Positions 52,310 to 64,000 of a stretch of DNA of 64,000 bases are shown piece after piece; the first letter of the stretch is position 1; every line of letters starts with the position of its first letter. The DNA is from Octopus vulgaris (lineage: Eukaryota). Position numbers and translations under genes: made by a program. The stretch is taken from the NCBI GenBank assembly GCA_951406725.2, contig OX597818.1, forward strand, positions 128,960,001-129,024,000, in the 5' to 3' direction. The notes under the pieces were generated by a model. That model was not told the DNA's origin, did not search any database, and was given only the letters and a program-made list of their open reading frames with translations.

Positions 52310-52540
52310 TATTTCTTTACTACCCACAAGGGGCTAAACATAGAGAGGACAAACAAGGACAGACGAACGAATTAAGTCGATTACATCGACCCCAGTGGGT
52401 AACTGGTACTTAATTTATCGACCCCGAAAGGATGAAAGGCAAAGTCGACCTCCGCGGAATTTGAACTCACAACGTAACGACAGACGAAATACCGCTAAGC
52501 ATTTCGCCCGGCGCGCTAACGTTTCTGCCAGCTCGCCGCC
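52310..52540 (-). mobile_element. SINE B, full length
   Basis: TSD TGGCCATATA. Confidence 0.9.
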
Positions 52541-52889
52541 TATAACTCTGGCCATATAACTCTGCTACAATAAAAAAACCTGCTCGGCCCTCCCCACCCT
52601 TTTCTCATACTTTACCCTCTCATTTCTTTGTCCCCAGTATCGCTACCATCACCATCCTCCTTCGAGTTCGTAGTGCTGCAAGCTGCATGGTGACATCACT
52701 TGTGCTGGTGACACAAAAAATAGATACCCAGTGCATGCTGTAAAGTGCTTGGTGTCACGAAGGGCAACTTTCCAGAGAAACCATGCCAAAACAGACCCTA
52801 GTGTGCAATGCAAATCTTGGACCCATTAGCTTCCATCATACCATTCAACCCCTGCCAGCATGGAATATGGGTATTAATTGATCTTATAT

Positions 52890-53293
52890 TTTTTCCTTGT
52901 TTCAGTCACTAGACTGCGGCCATGCTGGGGCACTGCCTTGAAGAATTTTCAGCTGAATGGATCAATCCCAGTTCCTTTTTTTTTATAAAGCCTGGTACTT
53001 ATTCTATTGGTCATTTTTGCTGAAGTACTAAGTTACATGGGCATAAACATACCAACACCGGTTGTCAAGTGGTTGTGGTGGTGGTGGGGGACAAACACAG
53101 ACACAGACATACACACACACACACACATGATGGGCTTCTTTCAGTTTTTGTCTACAAAATCCACTCGTAAGGCATTGGTCGGCCTGGGGCTATAGTAGAA
53201 GACACTTGCCCAAAGTGTGAGTGGGATTTCAACAGTTTCCTAAACCATGTGGTTGGGAAACAAGGTTCCTAACCACACAGCCACGCCTGCACC
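52890..53293 (-). mobile_element. SINE A
   Basis: family match. Confidence 0.85.
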
Positions 53294-54359
53294 TGATGAT
53301 GAAGAGGAGAAGGTGCCCATTGAACCAGAATTAAACTGGGCTCTCTAAAATCTGAACTAAGTCCTTGGTAGAGATTGTTTCTCAGAGTGTTACTCAGCTT
53401 TAAGTAGAAATTTATTCATATACCTACACATAAACAGAATTTCAGTTTTTTTTTTTTTTTGTGGCATTGCATCAGATTTTAAATTTTTCAGCCAGATATA
53501 AATTGCACCTCGTCAATTGACTAGAATAAGTGTTTGCAATTTAAACAAAACTCTAGCGTATAAGAATAAGAGGAAAGGCATGGCTATTACAGCTTCCGAT
53601 CTCCTTTGTTCACCGTTATATTTCAAAGATCTCTTCAATTCAGATTTCAAGATGTATGTGTGCATATATGTGCTTGCATATGGGTGTGTATCTGTGTGTG
53701 TGCATCTGTGTGTGTGCACATGCGTGTCTGTGTGTACGTGTGTATTTTTTTATACTTTCATGTTCTTTTGAACACTAAATTGTACTAACAATAGAAATGA
53801 GGAATGAATTTCTAATTTGCATATTTGATATGGCTATTGCGATATTTTATTGTTGTTGTGGTTAATGTTTGTGGTAGCTGTTACGTTTTTGGTTTTCTTT
53901 AGCAAGGTGGCAGTGGTGGTAGTTGGAGGTGGTGGTGGCTGGAGATAGTAGTGATAGTGATGATGGTTGGAGGTGATGGAAATGGTTGGAGGAGGTGGTG
54001 GTTGTGGTTATGTTAATGGTGATGGTGGAGCAGGTGGTGGTGGTGGTTATGGTAATGGGGAAGATGGAGGAGGTGGTGGTGATGGTGGTATAAATCGGCA
54101 GGTTTAAAGAGATCATTCCTCTGATTAACTCAGACACTTCCGCCATTCCAAGAGCTATGAAACTTTGCCTGCAGAGATGAATTCTGAAAGTTATGGTCAG
54201 AGAGAGAAGAAAGAAAGAAAGTAAAAAAAAAAAGAAAAAAAGAAACAAGCAACAAGAACAGCAACAATAACAACAACAAAGAACACACAATGAAAATACA
54301 AAACAAAAACAAATTATTATGAACCTGCCATTGTATTAATAATTCTTCCTTTATAGAAT

Positions 54360-55469
<1,110 letters not shown>

Positions 55470-55780
55470 GTTGAAATGGTTCTGCATAACTCAATCAGGT
55501 GCAAAAGCAATCCTATGAACTAAGTTACGGAGATGTAAATAAATCAATACTGGTTGTTGAACAGTGGTAGGAGACAAACACAAACCAAAGACACATACAT
55601 GTATATATACTTATGTGAGTAAGCATGAGTGTTTGTGTTTGTGTGGCTGAGTGGTAAGAAGCTAACTTTCCAATCACATCATTCCAAGTTCAGTCCCACT
55701 GTGTGGCACCTTGAGCCAACTAAAGCCTTAAGTGGATCTGGTAGACAGAAATTGAAAGAAGTGGTGTGTATATATATATA

Positions 55781-55978
55781 AAGAGAGAATTCACAAAAAA
55801 AAAAAAAAAAGATGAAGACAGGTGGTGTAGACAACAAACAGATGTATTAGCTTAATGCTCGGGAAGTAAAAAAGTCTTTAATGTTTCGAGCCTATGCTCT
55901 TTCACAGAAAGGAGCACAGAAAGAAACAAGGAGAGAAAATAAAGAATGTGTAGTGGCTAGCAATCTATCATGGTGAAT

Positions 55979-55980
<2 letters not shown>
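55781..55980 (-). mobile_element. Penelope-like fragment with a degenerate minimal hammerhead, inside the (TA)n of a SINE A (55640-56275)
   Basis: minus strand CTTT-CTGTGAA-A-GAGC-ATAG-GCTC-GAAAC-AT-T-AAAG (55876-55911). Confidence 0.55.
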
Positions 55981-56013
<33 letters not shown>

Positions 56014-56745
56014 TGTATATACCTGCATGTGTATATCTATGTGTGTGTGTATTTGTGTCTGTGTTTGTCACCTCATCACCACTTGACAGCAGCCAGTGTT
56101 GGTGTATTTAGGCCCCATAACTTGGCAGGTTGGCAAAAGAGGCCAACAGAATTAAGTACTAGGCTTAAAAAATAAGACTTGGGGTCGATTTGTTTGACTA
56201 AAAACCCTTCAAGGTGGTGCTCCAGCATAGCTGCAGTCAACTGATTGAAACAAGCAAAAGATAAAAGAATAAAAGAATGATGAGCTTCCATACAGTTTCT
56301 GTCAACAAAATTCACTCACAAGGCATTGGTCAGCCCAAAGCTATAGTAGAAGATGCTTGCTGAAGGTGCTGTGTGGTGGGACTGAACCTGAAACTTCATG
56401 GTTGCAAAGTGAATTTTTTTTATTGAAAGGAAGCAGCCTTGACTCTTTATTTTTTCAGGGTCTCTAAGACTTGTTGGGTGGATGAAGACAGGGAGTTTAT
56501 CCATAAATCAGGGATCTGGTTTAATCCTTCAGCATCCAGATTACTCTGTCAAATGCAATGCTTATTTATTCATGCTGGTTTGAATTAATCATGCATTCCT
56601 TGGAGCTTTGAGATTTCAATGATGTGATTGTTTATTGTAGGGTAGCAGTGAGAGGCCTGATCTGGCTGGTTTTAATATAAATCATGTAGAATATTTGGAC
56701 CCAGATAGGGCCAGTTTAAAAACAAAAGGCTTCAATGCTTGCCAT

Positions 56746-56910
56746 CACTAGCGTAGCTAAAGTGTGTGCCACCCGGGGTGCCCCTTCTGTTTGCCATCCC
56801 TGAACCCCACAAAAAACACATATTACCTACAGCAAAACCAAAAATGCCACCCCTTTAAAAGTGCCCGGGGTAGATCACTCCTACCGCCCACCCCACTTGC
56901 TACACTAGTT
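56746..56910. mobile_element. hAT-type MITE (same family as 46183, inverted)
   Basis: perfect 8-bp TSD CTTGCCAT; TIRs CACTAGCGTAGC / GCTACACTAGTT. Confidence 0.85.
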
Positions 56911-57118
56911 CTTGCCATAGAGAAAACTTCACTGAAGGCACCCAAGGATCAGGTGATGGATTAAGTCTACAACCAAAGGATATTGTAGACAGTCAAAATA
57001 TTTGGTTAGATGTTCACTAGTCCTATCCTCCAAAGAACTAAAACAAGCGCTTGGGAAATGTATGCAACAAACCATGTTTGATTGCAGTCCTCCAACCACA
57101 TGCATGCACACAACTATA

Positions 57119-57350
57119 TATTTCTTTTCTACCCACAAGTGGCTAAACGCAGAGGGGACAAACGAGGACAGACAAATAGATTAAGTCGATTACATCGATC
57201 CCAGTGCGTAACTGGTACTTAATTTATCGACCCTGAAAGGATGAAAGGCAAAGTCAACCACGGCGGAATTTGAACCCAGAACGTAACGGTAGATGAAATA
57301 TGGCTACGCATTTCGCCCGGCGTGCTAACGTTTCTGCCAGCTTGCCGCCT
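57119..57350 (-). mobile_element. SINE B, full length
   Basis: TSD TGCACACAACTATA. Confidence 0.9.
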
Positions 57351-57702
57351 TTAATGGCTGCACACAATGGCTGCACACAATGGCTGCACACAACTATATG
57401 CACACTAGTGACCACTGAGTAGTGAAGTGTACATTGCAATCTCAAGCAAAGATTTGAGCGATGTATATCAAGTGTGGATGTTCAGTGCATTTGACAAGAA
57501 CCTTGTGGAACAGATCTCTGCTGAAGAAGAAGTGATCACGGCTATTCAGCAACAACAACAACTACTACTGCTGCTGCTGCTGCTACTACTACTACTACTA
57601 CTACTAAAACACATCACCACCATTGGCAGTGGTGACAGCAGCAGCAGCAACAACAACAACAACAATATATCATGATCATCATTAGCAGTTGCAGCAGCAG
57701 CA

Positions 57703-57755
<53 letters not shown>

Positions 57756-58423
57756 AACTACTACTTCTGCTGCTGTTGTTGTTGTTAAGCAACAAGACGG
57801 GTAAGGGTGATTAGGTGATGGTCTAGGGCTTAGTGGTGGGAGACCTCAGACCTTGGGAAAAAAAAAAGCCTTTGGTCATCTTGTCGTTGCCAAGTGCTCT
57901 TCGTTGACGCCCGACACCACTGGGAGGTGGCCCTCGAAGTCGCTGGAAATGGAGATCTCTAGGTCCAAATTCTTGAACGGCTACTGCTGCTGCTGCTACT
58001 ACTACTACTACTATTACTACTACTACTACTACTACTACAACTACTACTACTACCACCACTACGACTACTATTGCTGCTGCTGCTGCTAATACTAGGTTTG
58101 TTACATGATTTCAACTGAAAAAAATAAATGAAATCCCAAACAGCACTTGTGGTTTACAAGTCCAAAACTCTACCTATGCAGCCATTGTAACAAACTTTTT
58201 AGTTGCAATATTATGAAACTCTCAGAACAACTGTTGACTTTAACATTGTAAATGTGAAATACATAAATTTCAAAGATTCTCAGTTAACCTCTATCTATAA
58301 ATCACATCCAAAACATATCCCAATTACTTCAAGTGTTCAGATGAAAGAAAAAATATACATTTAATACAAAAATACAAAAGACACAAAGATATAAACTATA
58401 TATAAATAATATATAAATAATAT

Positions 58424-58474
<51 letters not shown>

Positions 58475-58821
58475 AAAGAGACAAAAATATAATTTATATA
58501 TAAAAAATACTAAACAAAAATTAATAAACGGTTATATCAAAAATTTAGAAAACACAACTTTTCATACAAAAATTTATCAGATATTTTTAGCTGTTTTTTT
58601 TTCTTCTTTTTGTTTACTCCTTATGAATAATTTCAACAATATTTTTGGAGACAAATAAATAATTAAGTTTTAGATGTAAATGTAAATGTAAATATAAATA
58701 AAAGTACAATAATTTATATTATTATTGAGATAAAAAAAAATAAATAAAGAAACATGGTTTTATTTTTAACTTTTGACATCCTGTGTAACTTGCGTTCCAT
58801 CAGAAGAACAAACAACAGGAT

Positions 58822-59777
<956 letters not shown>

Positions 59778-60295
59778 TCAGTGAAAAGTGATAAATATTG
59801 AAGTGATGCATACCTAGAGAGACTCAAACACATATTCGCACAGAAATGCATATGTCCACACAAGTACACATTTACACACAAAAGTTTTTCCTCCCCCCAA
59901 CCATGTATCCACATAGTTATGTATGTGTCTGTGTGTTGCAGAGAAACTAGTAGTAGGAGTAGGAGGAAGAGGAGGAAGGAGAAAGGGAGTAGTAGAGATC
60001 AGATATATTCACAGTCTCCCAAAGTCTCTTCGTTGTTATCATTGTCATCATTGTCACCATCATCGTCATCATCATCATTGGCGAGCTGGTAGATTCGTTA
60101 GTACACTGGGCATGATGCTTAATTGCATTTTGTCTGTCTCTGTGTTCCGAGTTCAAATTCTGCTGAGGTTGAGTTTATCTTTCATCCTCTTGGGGTCGAT
60201 ATATTAAGAACCTACAAAACAGTAGGGTCGATGTAATCGAATGGTCCCCTCCTGTCAAAATTTCAGGCGTTGTGCCTATAGCAGAAAGGATTTTT

Positions 60296-60657
60296 ATTAT
60301 CTCAGCCTTAGCAAAGGCGGGGGTATTGTTTTCAGTCATGTTTGTTTGTCTGTGGACAAGATATCTCAAGAACCGCTGAATGGATTCAGATGAAACTTTC
60401 AGAGATGTTTGGTCTCATGACTGGCACAAACTGATTAGATTTTGGGATTGTTCTGGTACCGGACAAGGATACTGGATTATTTTTCCTGTTTCTTTTTAAT
60501 TAATTTTTGAGAGTGGTTGGATCCATTTTTAATAATCTTGTTTGTGAGAGCAGTCAAGTTTATTTCAGATATTTTCATTTTAAAAATCATCTCCGGCTAA
60601 TCATTGAGAGAATGTTGGTGTTGCCTTGGTGAAGGTTTGTGCTCTCTGAGTGCTCTT
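60296..60657 (+). mobile_element. HINE/DINE-1-like non-autonomous Helentron
   Basis: T-rich start, 5' palindrome GCCTTAGCAAAGGC, GTTTGTTTGTCTGT tract, 3' GCCTTGGTGAAGGT plus a short stem-loop before a T-rich end. Confidence 0.6.
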
Positions 60658-60665
60658 ATCATCAA

Positions 60666-60776
<111 letters not shown>

Positions 60777-61300
60777 AGGTGGGGAGCTGGTAGAATCATT
60801 AGCATGCTAGGCAAAATGGCAAAATGCTTAGGGGCATTTCATCTGTCTTTATGTTTTGAGTTCAATTTCTGCTGGGGTTAACTTTGCCTTTCATCCTTTC
60901 AGGGTCAATAAAATAAGTGCCACTTGAATACAGGGGTCGATGTAATCAACTAGACCCCACCCCTCAAATTTCAGGCCTAATGCCTGCAGTAGAAAGGATT
61001 ATTATTATTATTATTATTGCCTGTAGAATTGTTAGCATATCAAACAAAATACTTAATAGTATTTCTTCCAGCTCTTCAGGTTCTGAGTTCAAATTCCAAT
61101 GAGGTTGGCTTTGCCTTTCATGCTTCTGAGGTCATTAAATATAGTACCAATCAAGTACCGGAATCAGTGGATCCATAAATCCACTCTCACAAAATTTCAG
61201 GCTTGTGCCTGTATTATTAGAAAGAATTATTATTTTCATTTAGGTGGCAAGCTGACAGGATTGTTAGCATGCAGGGCAAAATGCTGAGTGGTATTACTTT
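60777..61300 (+). mobile_element. tandem SINE B (ATT-tail subtype) copies
   Basis: copies at 60777-61000, 61020-61232 and a partial from 61243; another at 60080-60295. Confidence 0.8.
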
Positions 61301-61425
61301 CGAATTTGGTCAGCCCGAGGCTATAGTAGAAGACACTTGCCTAAGGTGCCATGCAGTGGGACTGAACCCAGAACCATGTGGTTGGTAAGCAAGCTACTTA
61401 CCACACAGCCAATCCTGTGCCTATA

Positions 61426-61471
<46 letters not shown>

Positions 61472-61564
61472 TAATCCAAAAAAGAAAACAAAAAGACAAA
61501 AACGCGAGGATGTGGAACAAATATAGTATTATTGGACGCTCAGGAAAGAAGGGAAGAAGGAGGG

Positions 61565-61598
61565 TATGACGTTTCGAGCGGAGCTCTTCGTCGGAAAC
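61565..61598 (-). ncRNA. minimal type I hammerhead ribozyme candidate in a Penelope-like fragment (61467-61675)
   Basis: GTTT-CCGACGA-A-GAGC-TCC-GCTC-GAAAC-GTC-ATAC; palindromic ACGT stem III; (AT)n on both sides of the fragment. Confidence 0.6.
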
Positions 61599-61695
61599 AT
61601 AGGAGAAAGAAAGATCCCGAGGTGGGAGGACAGAGGGAAAAAAAATGCAAGTGGTCTTCACGAGGTCACATCACATATATATATATATATATACA

Positions 61696-61928
61696 CACAA
61701 GGTTGACCAAAAGTCACCTTACAGTAAACCAAAACCATTTGATTCCAAGATTTATTTATGTTTAACAACTGAATGAATTTAACAAAAGCATCTAAATATG
61801 AAATGTCATGAAAATTGTTCAAACTGAAGTCCTTCTTGAGTGGCATATTGTTCCATTCGAGTCAATACAGAATTACAAATAGTATTTATAGAATTTTGAT
61901 TTACTGTCGGGTGACTTTGGGCCAACAT

Positions 61929-61932
<4 letters not shown>
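61696..61932. mobile_element. Tc1/mariner-type MITE
   Basis: ~40-bp imperfect TIRs CACAAGGTTGACCAAAAGTCACC / GGTGACTTTGGGCCAACATTGTG in a TA context. Confidence 0.8.
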
Positions 61933-61969
<37 letters not shown>

Positions 61970-61973
<4 letters not shown>

Positions 61974-62194
61974 ACAATTGAGGAACGGCTACAATAGGCC
62001 GTTCGACCCACTAGAAATAGCAGCCAGGGCTCCAACCGCAAATAGTAGTAATTCCGAAATCAGAGGAAAAATTGAAAAAACATTTACCCTGTTTTTTCCT
62101 CTGATTTTGGAATTACTACTATTTGCGGTTGGAGCCCTGGCTGCTATTTCTAGTGGGTCGAACGGCCTATTGTAGCCGTTCCTCAATTGTTGTT
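61970..62194. repeat. near-perfect palindrome, 102-bp arms, 21-nt spacer
   Basis: 61970-62071 is the reverse complement of 62093-62194 with one mismatch (G62056/T62108). Confidence 0.95.
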
Positions 62195-62589
62195 GAATTT
62201 ATTAATAGTCTCTGACTATTTCCTCTTTCTCACTAGACCGCTGGTGGCAAAATAATTTCTATTGAATTTTTTGCTACCCTAAATTGATTAATATATATAT
62301 ATATATATATATATACAATGGACTTCTTTCAGTTTCTGTCTACCAAATCCATTGACAAAGCCTTGGTCAGCCTGAGGCTATAGTAGAAGACGCTTGCCCA
62401 AGATGTCACAGAGTGGGATTAAACCTGGAACCATGTGGGTGGGAAGTGAGCTTCTTACCACACAGCCATGCCTGCACCTAATGGTTAGACTTATTTGTAT
62501 ACCATGTATAGAAATACCATTTGTATACCATTTCTGACAATGACGATGACGACGACGATGATGATGATGATGATTATAAAGACCATGAT

Positions 62590-63787
62590 CAGTGCTGCTT
62601 AAGGCATCAAGGGAAGTGTGGGCACACAGTAATTGTAAATGGTTTATGGTACAAAAGAATTCACTTAAAACATGCTAAAATAAGCATTATTGAATGTGCC
62701 TTTCCAAAGGCAGATATTATCTTTCATATATTCTTAATATATGACAAATTGCTCAGCTGAGCATTCATTTTCGCAGTTGAAGAATATTAAAAATACCATC
62801 AGAACAACTATGCAACAAGGCAGGTTGGATGCCTTATCTCTACCAAGTATAGAAGCAGATGTGTTATGTAAGATTAATTTTGAGGATCAGATCAAAGACT
62901 TTGCAATTAGAAGCATCGCCTGGCCCCGTGCCAGTGACACGTAAAAGCACCATCCGTTCGTGGCCGTTTGCCAGCTCTGTCTGGCACCTGTGCAGGTGGC
63001 ACGTAAAAACACCCACTACACTCGCGGAGTGGTTGGCGTTAGGAAGGGCATCCAGCCGTAGAAACACTGCCAGATCTGACTGGGCCTGACGAAGCCTTCC
63101 AGCTTCACAGACCCCTGTTGACCCGTCCAACCCATGCTAGCATGGAAAGCGGACGCTAAATGATGATGATGAAGAGAAAACTTTTCAAATATAAATAAAG
63201 CAGGAGTATATAAAACGAAAATACTATTTTCCATTGTACTGTTAGTTTGGCTTCATTTTACTCTTTACTCTTTTTACTCTTTTACTTGTTTCAGTCATTT
63301 GACTGCGGTCATGCTGGAGCACCACCTTTAGCCGAGCAAATCGATCCTAGGACTTATTCTTTGTAAGCCTATAAATTATTCTAGCGGTCATTTTTACTGA
63401 ACTGCTAAGTTATGGGGACGTAAACACACCAGCATCGGTTGTCAAGCCATGTTGGGGGGACAAACACACACACACACACACATACATATACATATATATG
63501 ATGGCCTTCTTTCAGTTTCCGTCTACCAAATCCACTCACAAGGCTTTGGTCGGCCCGAGGCTATAGTAGAAGACACTTGCCCAAGGTGCCATGCAGTGGG
63601 ACTGAACCTGGAACCATATGGTTGGTAAGCAAGCTACTTACCACACAGCCACTCTTGTACATATTTTGGACATAAAAAATTTATTTAATGGTTTATAATT
63701 GTTTATATTTTTGAATTACATATATATAAGGGGGTACAAAAATGTTTTAAGTGCTTAGGAGCCTCAATGGGTTTTGATCTGGCCCTG
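62590..63787 (+). mobile_element. internally deleted hAT element with a C-terminal dimerisation-domain relic
   Basis: TNCSAEHSFSQLKNIKNTIRTTMQQGRLDALSL; ends CAGTGC... and ...GGCCCTG; TSD ACCATGAT / ACTGTGAT; contains a family E copy and a SINE A (63256-63655, minus). Confidence 0.75.
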
Positions 63788-64000
63788 ACTGTGATGGAGA
63801 GGTTGGTGGTGATGACAATGGTAATGAATACTGTTGAATGTGATAGCTGTGGCAGTGATAATCTTCTATCATTCACTCCTTTTAGTCATTGGACTGTGGC
63901 CATGTTGGGGCACTGCCTTGAAAGATTTAGTAGACAAACAAACCCAGGCACTGAATGTTTGTCTAAGCCTAGTATTTGTTCTATTGACATCTTTTACTGA

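Noticed and set aside
61930-62186. mirror-image ORF pair on both strands
   Set aside because: a trivial consequence of the palindrome

Overview
Eukaryotic, AT-rich DNA saturated with repeats. The tRNA-derived SINE families and very long microsatellites suggest an octopus or related cephalopod (inference from repeat content, not a database result). No intact multi-exon gene can be assembled. Most long ORFs in the track are microsatellite read-throughs; the rest are transposon relics. Contents: at least 5 SINE families; RTE, CR1/L2-like and R4/Dong-type LINE fragments; two decayed Mag-like Gypsy elements; mariner, maT (DD37D), piggyBac, hAT and Merlin relics; several MITEs with TSDs; two non-autonomous Helitrons; and one HINE-like element. 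The most interesting signals: (1) several hammerhead-ribozyme-like motifs in Penelope-type fragments sitting in microsatellites; (2) a 102-bp-arm near-perfect palindrome plus two smaller fold-backs, all abutting (AT)n; (3) a Merlin derivative built from two opposed 3' ends; (4) a SINE with an apparent GGTA/GATA/TATA target preference that nests in itself; (5) a few TE-free candidate exons of an unidentified minus-strand gene. All family names come from motif recognition by eye.
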